64,000 bases of DNA. Origin: Mobula birostris (taxonomy: Eukaryota). A model generated the notes under the pieces. That model searched no databases and was not told the DNA's origin. It saw nothing but the letters and a program-made list of their open reading frames with translations. A program made the position numbers and the translations under genes. Positions 1 through 11,282 of the stretch are shown piece after piece (position 1 is the first letter of the stretch; each line of letters opens with the position of its first letter). Location: the NCBI RefSeq assembly GCF_030028105.1, contig NC_092383.1:85951921-86015920 (forward strand), given 5' to 3'.

Positions 1-559
1 AGGGAGAAATTCTTCAAAAAATGGAAAGGTAAAAGCAAATTTACAGAAGCAGATTAAAGATTATTTTGTGTCATTTCCAGCACACGAGTGTAAAGGAGAA
101 CAAAAAAAAATTGTTACTCCAGATCCAATGCAGCACCAAGAAGACAGAAATGATAAAGAACGTGATAATAATGAATAAGGATATTTTATTGAAAGCTGTT
201 ACTGTGTTCTAAGGAAACAGCCCACACTGTCTATGGGTATAATTGAATTCCAGGGAAACTGAGAAGACAACAGCATCGTTCCTCATTACATACTCAGAGC
301 TCTTCACAAGTTATTTGATTGGAGTCAACATTGTCACTGCCCACTAATGTCTCAGTGTGTTTCCACATTTCTGAGTCAGTCCCAATCCAGGCAGGTGAGG
401 AAAAGATCAGTGGGGGGGGGGTAACTTACTGGAGGCAATTGTGTGAGACAGGATTTGCCTGAATTTGTAAAGACAAGATCTGATTTGGGATAGCCGACAT
501 GATTTTGTGCATGAAAGAACCTCTCTGAAATGAAATTGACTGAGTTTTTTTGAAAGGCT

Positions 560-1660
560 GACCAAAGGGACTGATGAGAGTAAGGAGTTTAGCAAGGCTT
601 TTGACAGGGTCTCACATTGTAGACTGATCTGCAATGTGAGATCACATGGGATGCTAGCTGGATCGATACTGAATAAGCTTGGTGGAACTAGTTAGCTTGG
701 TAGTGGAGTGTTGTTTTTTTGACAATATTAGACTTCTTCACCAGTTGAGTGCTGCTGGGATCAGTATTCTTATTTATTAACCAGTTACTTTCACCTATAT
801 CGATAATTTGTAACAATATTGTAGGTGTCATGATTAATAATTTGTGGACGTCACAGTAATGTAGTGGACAGTGAAAAGAGTTGTTGAATTTTACAACTGG
901 ATCTGGAAAATGAAAAAGTGTTCAGTCCCATTTCTCTCTGTCAGCAAGATACTCTGCACCTGTGCCCATCCTGTCTGCCTGAATTTGACCTGTCTCCTGC
1001 TCTTCTTGCTACTACCATTGGGCAGGAGGTGGAGGAGTCTTGGGTCCCACACGACCGGCTCCTGGACCAGCTTCATTCACCTCAGCACCGAACTGACTCT
1101 GAAGCTGTGGATTCACTTTTGGGGACTCTGCGATTCATGATCTATGTATTATTTGTTTACATATTTTTAGTATTTGCATGATTCATCTTCTTTTACACAT
1201 TTGATATTTGTCAGCCTTTATTGTGTGTGGCTTGCCGTGGATTCCATTGTGTTACTTTGTTTTGTGGGTGTTTGCAAGAAGATGAATCTCTAGTTTGTTT
1301 GTGGTGTACAGACTTTGATAATAAATTTACCTTGAACTTTGAACTGGGAAAGTTGCCAATGAAATAAATGGCTGGAATTGAATTCAGGCAGTGTGAGGTG
1401 TTGTATTTCGGGAAATTAAACAAGGACAGTAGAGAACTAGGTGTGTAACTAAATGGGTCTCTGAAAGTGGCATCGCAGGTGGACAAAGTGGTGAACAAGG
1501 CAGATGCCATGCTTGCCTTCAATGGATGAGGCAATAAGTACAGTTGGGATGGCATGTTACAGCTATAAAGAACACTGTCTAGACCTCACCTCAATTGCTG
1601 TGTGCAGTTCCAGAGGAAGGGCATGATTAAATTAGAGAGAGCGCAGAAAACGTTCACATA
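560..1660 (+). mobile_element. Degraded CR1 LINE RT fragments interrupted by a Rex1-like 3' end (about 850-1345)
   Basis: FSKAFDRVSH-like motif near 590; CR1-like 3' RT sequence at 1350-1660; intervening segment ends in an aataaa..ttgaactttgaact tail. Confidence 0.6.
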
Positions 1661-1689
1661 GACCGACCCCTGCAGAACACCATGAGTCA

Positions 1690-2700
1690 CTGATAGAAAA
1701 CAGAAATGCCCCCATTATTCCCACTCTTTGCCTCCTGCCAGCCAGCTAATCTTCTATGCACATGAGTATCTTTCCTGTGGTACCACGGATGCTTATCATG
1801 TTCAGCAGCCTGATGTGTGACACCTTGTCAAAGGCCTTCCAAAAATCCAAGTAAACAACATCCACTGATTTTTATTTGTCTATCCTGCCTGTTATTTCCT
1901 CCAAGAATTCCAACATCCTTTTCAGGTAAGATTTCCCCTTGAGGAAACCATATTTTCTCATATGCATCCAAGTACCCCGAAACATCATCCCTAATAATGG
2001 CCTTCAACATTTTCCTAAACACTCAAGTCAGTCTAACTGGTCCATTATTTCCTTTCTTCTGCCTCCACTCCTTCTTAAAGAGTGGAGTGGCATTTCCAAT
2101 TTTCCAGTTCTCTGGAACTTTCTAGAATCTAGTGATTCTTGAAGCATCTCAACTGATGCCACCACAATCCCTTCAGCTGCCTCTTTCAGAACCCTGGGGT
2201 GTAGTCCATCTGTACAAGATAACTTATCTACCTTCAGACCTCTCAGCTACCAAGTACCTTCTCCTTAGCAATAGCAACCACACTCACTTCTGTTCCCCTG
2301 ACATTCCCAGATTTCTTTCATACTACTTGTTCCTTCCTCAGTAACGACTGATGCAAGTCACTTACTCGGTCCGTCCGCCATTTATCTCTTATTACGATTT
2401 CTTGTATCTCTTATTACTATCTCTCCAACTTCATTATCCAGTGGTTTGATATCCACTCTCACTTCTCTTTTACACTTTTATATCTGAAAACTTTTGTTTT
2501 TTTTTATATTATTGGCTAGTTTTCCTTCAAATTTCATCTTTTCTCTCTTTGTGACTTTTCTCATTGCCTGCTGTTGCTTTTAAAAGTTCCCCAATTCTCT
2601 AAATTCCCACTAATATTTGCTATATTATATGCCCTTCCTTTTGTTTGCATGACAGTGTCACTGTCCCACAACTCAACACCTACTCTAGCATCTTCAGTGC
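1690..2700 (-). mobile_element. Old CR1 LINE remnant shared with paralogous introns
   Basis: DFWKAFDKV near 1830-1850 (minus strand); related blocks recur at about 25050-25570 and 40070-40420. Confidence 0.6.
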
Positions 2701-2961
2701 AGAAGCTAGAAATATTTATGCAATGCTCCCAATTTTTCTGGATGTGCAAATCCAACTGTGTTTGAGATGCTCCACGTTTTCCTGGACGAAGAGCCAGACT
2801 TAACTGTTCTCTGCACTTTATTTCTACCCCATGGTGGCTGCAATGTGTAGCTTCTAGAAATGTAAAGATATTCCTTACCCTAACGAGAAGTGTAAGAGCA
2901 GCAGTAACAGAGGAACAAAAAGAAATATTTAAATGTATCCTCTCTTGAAAGGAGAACTTAC

Positions 2962-3282
2962 TGGTGCCATTGATTTCTGTCACGTAGCTGCAGATCTCTC
3001 CGTTGTTGAAGACTGTCACATCAACCATTGCACTGGATCTTGCTCCAAGCCAATTCGAGGCACTGCAGTAATATTGATGGTGCTGCTGGTTGAAGGATTG
3101 ACAATGTAGAGCCAGTTCATTGGTATGTGAGATCTTTGGGTGCCGAGATGAGGTTTGTTCATACCATGTGTACTGAATGGGAAGGGATCCCTGGAAGGAC
3201 TCACAGGAAACTGTCAATGAGCCCCTGATACGTGAGACCTTTGCTGATGACAGATATTGAAGCACAGGAACAGACACAGATT
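2962..3282 (-). CDS. Gene A exon: C2/I-type Ig domain of a pIgR/CD300-like receptor
   Basis: Acceptor cccacag|AA at 3282 and donor ACCA|gtaagt at 2962; 321 nt, phase 1-1, open. Translates (E)SVSVPVLQYL..VSCESFQGSLPIQYTWYEQ..LHCQSF..YYCSASNWLG..VFNNGEICSYVTEINGT with canonical C-W-YxC. Confidence 0.9.
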
Positions 3283-3339
3283 CTGTGGGAAGGAATTAAA
3301 TATCCAGACCATGAATAAACATCTGAAAATCAAACACTC

Positions 3340-3937
3340 TTTGGCTACATTATTAAGTACACCTGTTCACCTGCTCATTAATACAAATATCTAATTAGCT
3401 ATTTGTGTGGCAGAAACACTGTCCACAAAGGATGCAGACGTGGTCAAGACATTCACTTGTTGTTCAGGCCAAACATCAGAATGGGGAAGAAATGTGATCA
3501 AAGTAACTTTACCCATGGAATGATTGTTGGTGCCAGATTAAGTAGTTTAAGTATCTCAGAAACTGCAGATCTTCTGGGATTTTCACACCCGCTGTCTCCA
3601 GACTTGGCAAAGAATGGTGTGAAAAACAAAAAGTAACATCCAGTGAGCAGCAATTCTATGAGCATAAAACCCTTGTTGATGAGAGAGGTCAGAGGAGAAT
3701 GGCCAGACAGGGTTCAAGCTGACAGAAAGGTAACAGGAATTCAGATAATCATGTGTCACAACAAAGGTATTCAAGATAACCATGTGTTACAACAGTGGTC
3801 TGCATAAGAGCATCTCTAAATGCACAATACATTGAACATTGAAGTGGATGGGGTACAGCAGCATAAGACAACAAACATACATCCATTGGTTACTTTATTC
3901 TGTACAACAGGTATCTAATAAAGTGATGGTTGAGTGT
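3340..3937. mobile_element. Non-autonomous Tc1-like element in the V-C intron
   Basis: Degenerate ends resembling CACTCAGTGGCCACTTTATTAGGTACA / TAATAAAGTG..GAGTG; orthologous copy at about 26205-26745 and a terminal remnant at about 23155-23205. Confidence 0.65.
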
Positions 3938-4202
3938 TTAAAAGCAGCAACTTGTGAGATACCCGTCAGATGTTAGATGGCTTCAGGAGAAAATGAATTT
4001 GTGACGGGGTACAGTGTAGAGAGAGAAGCATTTGGCACTGAGATTAATGCAGAGATCTTTAGGGATGGACATGGTCTGGACAAAGATCTTGTAACTCTGC
4101 TGAGACTGCAGAGGAGGAGGAGGAGATTGCATTTCTCCATTCAACGTTTAACCCTGGGATCAGCACATCGCCACTCCCCAGGTCATCTAATGCTCTGAAC
4201 AT

Positions 4203-6228
4203 TCATAAGATCATAACAACATAAGAAATAGGAGCAGGAGTAGGCCATCTGACCCATCGAGCCTGCTTCCAAGTTCAATAAGTTTATGGTTGATCTGACC
4301 ATGGACTCATCTCCACCTATCTGCCTTTTCCCCATAATCCTTAATTCCCCTACTGTGCAAAAATCTATCCAACCTTGCCTTAAATATATTTACTGAGGTA
4401 GCCTCCACTGCTTCATTGGGCAGAGAATTCCACAGATTCACCACTCTCTGGGAAAAGCAGTTCCTCCTCATCTCCATCCTAAATCTACTGCCCCAAATCT
4501 TGAAGCTATGTCCCCTAATTCTAGTCTCACCTACCAGTGGAAACAATTTTCCTGCCTCTATCTTATCCATTCCTTTCATAATGTTATATATTTCTCTAAG
4601 ATCTCCTCTCATCCTTCTGAATTCCAGCGAGTACAGTCCCAGGTGACTCAATCTCTCCTCAAAGTCTGACCTCCTTGTTTTTGGAATCAACCTGATGAAC
4701 TTCCTCTGCACTGCCTCTAAAGCCAGTATATCCTTCCTCAAGTAAGGAGACCAGAATTGTACACAGTACACCAGGTGCGGCCTCACCAGTACCCTATACA
4801 GTTGCAGCATAACCTCTCTGCTTTTAAATTCAATCTCTCTAGAAATGAAGGCAACATTCCATTTGCCTTCTTGACAGCCTGCTGCACCTGCAAACCAACC
4901 TTTTGTGATTCATGCACAAGCACTCCCAAGTCCCTCTGTACAGCAGCATGATGCCATTTTTTTACTGTTTAAATAATAATATGCTCTTTCACTTATCCTT
5001 CCAAAGTGGATGACCTCACATTTACCAATATTGTACTCCACCTGCCAGACCCTTGCCCACTCACATTACCTATCTATATCTATCTGCAGACTCTCCGTAC
5101 CTTCTGCACAATTTGCTTTTCCACTCAATTTAGTGACATCAGCAAACTTTGATACACAACACTTGGTCTCCTCTTCCAGATCATTGATGTATATAATCAA
5201 CAGTTGTGGGCCCAACACCAACCCCTGCAGTACACCGCTTACCACTGACTGCCAACCAGAGTGACACCCATGTATCCCAGCTCTCTGCTTTCTAATCATT
5301 AACTAATCCTCTATCCATGATAATACACAGCCCTAACTCTACGGATCCTGTCACGTGATTGGCAGCAATGAATATATCGAGTCAGGATTTATAAACAAAC
5401 AACCATTTATTAAACCCTGAAAAAAAAATGAAAACCCTAACGGGAAGTAAACGACTATGTGGCCACTCAGTAAACCGCTACTCAGTACTAGTTCTTAAAG
5501 CGATTAATGCGAAACCGGTTCTTAAAGCGATAAATTGAAACACAGTTCTTTGAATGGTAAATTTTAAAGTCCAAGAGTTTTGTATAGTCAATTAGGAGAG
5601 ACTTTCATGAAGTAACAAATTCCTCGAAGACACGACGTCACTGCCACTCCCAGGCAAATCCCGCCTTGTCCACAGGATTCAAGACGACGAAAATAAAACT
5701 TTTTAAAGGCACTGACCTTCCTCCGTAGAATAGAACCTGCACAGCCTTTTCTGCTTCCTTTTTAGCAGAGGCTATCTCATGCAGATCACTCTTTCTTGAA
5801 TGATTTCAATAATGGTCAATCCTTTCCAAACCTGTCAAACGTCTCCTTCAGGGTCCTGTCTTCACTCTCCAATGTTACTGAAAAGATACATTAACAAACC
5901 TGGCAGCGATTGGTCAAACCACCGGCTCAGACTTTTATACCTTACATTAGAACGTAAAATTCCGTTTAAAATCAAAACGGCATCATAATGCAAATAAGCA
6001 GCAGAGCGGAGTATATCTCATTGATGTTCTAACTGGAAAACTAAATGCGTCACCAGGGGTCTTCCCTTTTATACCCGTGGTGAACATGTCATCACATGAC
6101 CTCACATTAGCAGGAAAATTACATCAGGTGACCTCCAAAAGACCATTACATCATTCTCACAAGATCTCCTTTAGGTATATAACAATCCTTATCTCATTGA
6201 TAAGTCTTTTATGTGGCACCTTATTCCC
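4203..6228 (-). mobile_element. CR1 LINE, 5'-truncated 3' portion, split by a solo LTR
   Basis: ORFs 4307-4810 and 5066-5299 are CR1 RT C-terminus (SGVLQGLVLGP, KFADVTKL). KVPHKRLINEIRIRRVR reads across the LTR junction. Confidence 0.88.
5349..6184. mobile_element. Solo LTR (836 bp) with 4-bp TSD ATCC
   Basis: TGTCA..TAACA termini; ATCC at 5345-5348 and 6185-6188; removing it restores the CR1 frame. Confidence 0.85.
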
Positions 6229-6293
6229 CGAAGTAACCATGGATGAGACATTTATTTTACTGAAGGCACAAAGTTAATCACTGAGAAACCTAC

Positions 6294-6614
6294 CATCAGA
6301 TACTTGTAGATGTATACTAAATATCAGATCAGCACCTTCTCTTGTAATTCCACAGCTGTACCATCCTGCATCTCCAGAGCGAAGATTATCCACAGTAACA
6401 GTAAATATTCTTTGTTTTTGGTTATCTGTGATTGATATTCGTCCACTCTGTCCATGTTGCCCATTTGTTTCCACTAAAACTGAACATTGGTGAGTCCATC
6501 CATGGCACCAATGCTTTTGGTATGAGCGGTACATTGCTTCATAGTGACAATCGATTGTAATCGCCCTTCCCACAACTCCTCTTACATATTTCTTTGCTAA
6601 CAATGCACCTGAAC
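6294..6614 (-). CDS. Gene A exon: V-type Ig domain, CD300/pIgR family
   Basis: Acceptor ctccctcag|GT at 6614 and donor GATG|gtaggt at 6294; 321 nt, phase 1-1, open. ITIDCHY..KHWCHGWTHQC..DAGWYSCG has the extra C-C' cysteine pair (WCx6C) typical of CD300/pIgR V domains. Confidence 0.93.
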
Positions 6615-6699
6615 CTGAGGGAGGTAATTTCAGATTTGAGGGGAAAGGAACAACTTAATGCAAACAATTAACTTTGAACATGATGATAAAAACATGTCC

Positions 6700-6900
6700 A
6701 GGTCACATTCAGCATGTGGACCATGACACCTCAGCTAATGATTTTGGTCTGAAGTGCAGTCAGTGCTTTTACTATGTCAGCTGTGTCAGTGCTCTCTCCC
6801 CTGTGTCAGTACATTGTGGGTTCACTTCCCACTCCAGAGTCCTGAGCAGAAACCCAGGGCTGATCTTCCAGTGCAGTAATGAGGGAGAGCGGGCAGTGTT
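6700..6900 (+). mobile_element. tRNA-derived SINE fragment, with a paralogous copy at about 27370-27550
   Basis: B-box-like GGGTTCACTTCCCACTCC followed by cagagtcctgagcagaaacccagggctga..cagtgcagta, resembling chondrichthyan SINE heads from memory. Confidence 0.5.
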
Positions 6901-8033
6901 GAACTTTCAGTTACTTCAGAATATGTCGGCCTTTGAAATGTCAACAAAGATCCCAGCTATGTCATTTGAGATACTTACAGGTGTGTGTGCTTGTGTGTAT
7001 TTGTCTCAGATTCCACGGAACTCTGGGTTTCAGATGGAGGTCGGTAGGATCATTTGAGGCCAATGTCCTGACTTCCTCCTCACTTACAGACAAGTTTATA
7101 AACTGCAGAGAGAAACCCCTCATGATGTCTGAAACAGTGCCCTCTGGTTCAATCGAAATTTTACATTTTATACCTGTCAATTATTTTATTATTTTATGTG
7201 TATTTGGAAGGTGGTGCAACAGTGGTCATAACTACTTTAATGTCTAGAAATCCAGAAGTGATTTCAGTTTCTGTAAGGATACCTTGAAGAGTTAAATACC
7301 AATTTATTAATTATACCCTTAATTAAGAAACATATATCAATAATGATAATGATGAACTTCCAGATGTCAAAATCCCATCTAAATCGGAAAGACCTTCATG
7401 GACAGAAATCTCTCATCCCCACCCACCCTGGTTTACCTTTGACTCCAGATCTAGTAATGTTCATTACTAATTTCCGAGTGAAATGGCCCAGGAAAGACAC
7501 TGATTTCAAGACAATAACGTCAATTGGTGTAGTGATCCCTGCAGAGTGAGATCAGATTCCAGCAATGGTAGACGCGATGTTTCCGCTTAACAGCCTCCAG
7601 GACTTTTCTCCAACTGGGCATATTCTCCTCCCAAGTGGGTCCACACTATTCCCCTTTTCTTCTTATCTGCTTCCACCTCTCACCCATCTCCAAACTCCAC
7701 CCCTTTTCACCCCCATTCCATTTGCCCATTGTGCTTCACACCTCCTCAGTCCCCGACCACCTAGTATACCCAGTCTCACAACTCCCCCTCTCCTATGTAC
7801 ACTATCTCCCTCTCCACTCACACTTGATGCAAAGTTCGACTCAAACCGTTGACATTCCCTCTCCTCTGACGGATGTTGTTTGACCCACTAAGTTCCTCCA
7901 GGAGTGAACTCTGAATTCCAGATTCTGTCATCTTTAGTGTCTACAGGCATTCAAGTACTGTTCTGAAAATGATGTATGACCCCCAACCCCAAACCAACAT
8001 TAATTGTGCAAAAGTCCTGTGCTTATCACTCAC

Positions 8034-8073
8034 CAGGTAGGAAACCAGTCAGAAGAATGCAAGTCCAGAGCAT
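8034..8073 (-). CDS. Gene A leader (signal peptide) exon, MLWTCILLTGFLP
   Basis: ATG at 8073, 13 codons plus G, then a gtgagt donor; phase 1 joins the V exon in frame (MLWTCILLTGFLPGSGALLAKK). Homologous exons at 28231 and 40669. Confidence 0.85.
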
Positions 8074-8153
8074 TTTATTCACAGAGACCCAGCCAGGACC
8101 TGTTTGCCCTCAGAGAGAAATAACTGTGAAATAAACATGTGGAAGAAGGCAGC

Positions 8154-8197
8154 AGGAAGTTGTATCAAAAAACTACAGTGACACACTAGGGTGTGGT
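8154..8197 (-). promoter_or_regulatory. Putative proximal promoter of gene A with ETS (AGGAAGT) and RUNX (TGTGGT) motifs
   Basis: Motifs at 8154-8160 and 8192-8197, about 80-125 nt upstream of the ATG, in a block conserved upstream of all three leaders. Function is inferred. Confidence 0.45.
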
Positions 8198-8410
8198 ATG
8201 TGACAATCAGGAAAGCTCTTAGTTATTTTTAGGAAGACTGAAACATTTAAACAATTTCCAAAGATTAAACGGAATGATGAGAAGAGTTAAATATTAGGCT
8301 TAGAAAATATATCAATGGGATGAGTTGCAAAGTAAAAGGCAGACAAAATTGAAAAGAGCGAATACAGATCTGAAGGTTTTATATCTGAATGTGCGCAATA
8401 TATAGAACGA

Positions 8411-10700
8411 TTACTTGCAGTACCAGAGGAAAAACAAACTGGACCATTGCTACAGTGCCTACAGTGCTATTCCACGCCCTCACTTTGAGAAGTCTGATCA
8501 CCTAGCTGTAGTTCTACTTCCTGAGTATAGGCAGAGACTGACGACTGCAGCACCAGCAGTGAGGACCAAGAAGGTTTGGACAAGGGAAGCACAAGAGCGC
8601 CTACAGGACTACTTTGAATCGGTGGACTGGAATGTATTCAGGGATTCATCTTTGAATCTGGATGAGTATGCTGCTGTTGTTACCGACTTCATTGAAGCCT
8701 GTGTGGATGAGTGTGTGCCTACAAAGACTTACCGTACATTCCCAAACCGAAAGCCGTGGATGAACCAGGAGGTACGTCGTCTGTTGAAAGTTATATCTGT
8801 GGCATTTAAGTCTGGCAACCCAGACCTGTAACAGAAAACTAGGTATGATTTGCGGAGGGCTGTTTCAAAGGTGAAGAGACAATTTCAAATGAGGTCGGAG
8901 GTGACATCAGATGCACGGCAACTCTGGCAGGGTCTGCAAGACTTTACTTCCTACAGAGCAAAACTCAATAGTATGAATGGCAGCGATGCTTCACTACCAG
9001 ATGAACTCAACACGTTCTATGCACACTTTGAAAGGGAGAGCACAACTACAGTTGTGAAGATCCCTGCTGCACCTGCGGAACCTATGATCTCTGTCTCATA
9101 GGCCAATATTAGGCTGTCGTTAAAGAGAGTGAACCCTTGCAAGGCAGAAGGTCCCAATGGAGTACCTGGTAAGGCCCTGAAAACCCATGCCAACCAACTA
9201 GTTGGAGTATTCAAGGACATTTTCAATCTCACTGCTACGGGCAGAAGTTCCCACTTGCTTCAAAAAGGCAGCAATCATACCAGTGCCTAAGAAGAATAAT
9301 GTGGGCTGCCTCAATGACTATCACCCAGCAGCACTCACATCGACAGTGATGAAATGCTTTGAGAGGTTGCTTATGACTAGACTGAACTCCTGCCTCAGCA
9401 AGGACCTGAACCCATTGCAATTTGCCTATCGCCACAATAGGTCAACGGCAGACACAATCTCAATGGCTCTCCACGTGGCTTTAGACCACCCAGACAACAC
9501 AAACACCTACGTCAGGATGCTGTTCATCGACTATAGCTCAGCATTTAATACCATCATTCCCACAATCCTGATTGAGAAGCTGTAGAAACTGGGCATCTGT
9601 ACCTTCCTCTGCAATTGGATCCTTGACTTCCTACTGGAAGACCACAATCTATGCAGATTGGTGATAACATATCCTCCTCGCTGGCGATCAACACTGGCGC
9701 ACCTCAGGGGTGTGTGCTTTGCCCACTGCTTTACTCTCTGTATACACATAACTGTGTGGCCAGGCATAGCTCAAATACCATTTACAAATTTGCTGATGAT
9801 ACAACCTTTGTTTGTAGAATCTCAGGTGGTGACGAGAGGGCGTACAGGAGTGATATATGCCAACTAGTGGAATGGTGCCACAGCAACAACCTGGCACTCA
9901 ACGTCAGTAGGACGAAAGAGCTGATTGTGGACTTCAGGAAGGGTAAGACGAAGGAGCACATACCAATCCTCATAGAGGGATCAGAATGGGAGAGAGTGAG
10001 CAGCTTCAAGTTCCTGGATGTCAAGATCTCTGAGGACTTAACCTGGCCCCAACATATCGATGTAGTCATAAAGAAGGCAAGACAGCAACTATACTTTATT
10101 TGGAGTTTGAAGAGATTTGGCATGTGAACAAATACACTCCAAAACTTCTGTAGTTGTGCCGTGGAGAGCATTCTGACAGGCTGCATCACTGTCTGGTATG
10201 GAGGGGCTTCTGCACAGGACCGAAAGAAGCTGCAGAATGTTATAAATCTAGTCAGCTCCATCTTGGGCACTAGCCTGCAAAGTACCCAGGACATCTTTAG
10301 GAAGTGGTGTCCCAGAAAGGCAGCGTCCATTATTAAGGACCTCCAGCACCCAGCGCGTGCCCTTTTCTTTCTGTTACCATCAGGTAGGAGATACAGAAGA
10401 CTGAAGACACACACTAAGCAATTCTGGAAAAGCTTCTTCCCCTCTGCCATCCGATTCCCAAATGGACATTGAAGGTTTGGACACCACTTCACTTTTTTTA
10501 ATATACAGTATTTCTGTTTTTGCACATTCTTTTAAATCTATTCTATATACATAATTGATTTACTTGTTTATTTATTATGTTTTTTTTATTTATTATTTTT
10601 TTTTTCTCTCTGCTAGATAATGTGTTACATTGAACTGCTGCTGCGAAGTTAACAAATTTCACCTCACATGCCAGTGATAACAAACCTGATTCGGATTCTG
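8411..10700 (+). mobile_element. Rex1/Babar-type LINE, ORF broken by stops and frameshifts
   Basis: [54 protein letters not shown]; tail gataacaaacctgattcggattctga. Confidence 0.88.
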
Positions 10701-10701
10701 A

Positions 10702-11282
10702 GGTAGATGAGCTTGCAGCCCAGTTGCAGATTGGCAGGTCCGATGTTGCAGGTATCTCTGAATCACGGGTGAAAGAAGATCATAGCTGGGAGCTTAATGT
10801 ATAAGGAAACACATTGAATTGAAAGGACAGGCAGGAAGGCAGAGGGGGTGGTTAGCTCTGTTGGTAAAAAATGAAATCAAATCATTAGAAATAGTGACAT
10901 ATGGTCAGACAGTGTTGAAGCCTTGTGGATAGAGATAAGAAACTGCAAAGGTAAAAAAACCCTGAAGCGAGTTGTATACAGACTCCCAAACAGTAGTAAG
11001 GATATGGTCTGCAAGTTACAACAGGAGATAGAAAATGCATGCCAAAAGGGCAATGTTACAACAATCATGAGGGACTTCAATATGTAGGTAGATTGGGAAA
11101 ATCAGGTCGGTGCTGGATTCCGAGGGAGAATTTCTAGAGTGCCTATGAGGTGGTTTTTTAGAGCAGCTTGTGGCAGAGCCCACTAGGGGATCAGCTATTC
11201 TGGATTGAGTTTTGTGCAATGAACCAGAATTGATTGGAGAGCTTAAGGTAAAAGAATCCTAAGGGGCAAGTGATCATAATAT
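10702..11282 (+). mobile_element. CR1 endonuclease-region fragment, continuing 8330-8410
   Basis: LKVLYLNVRNI at about 8368-8400 continues as VDELAAQLQIG after the Rex1 insertion. Confidence 0.65.

Noticed and set aside
8415-10472. Series of plus-strand ORFs as a host gene
   Set aside because: They are consecutive frameshifted fragments of one Rex1/Babar LINE ORF.
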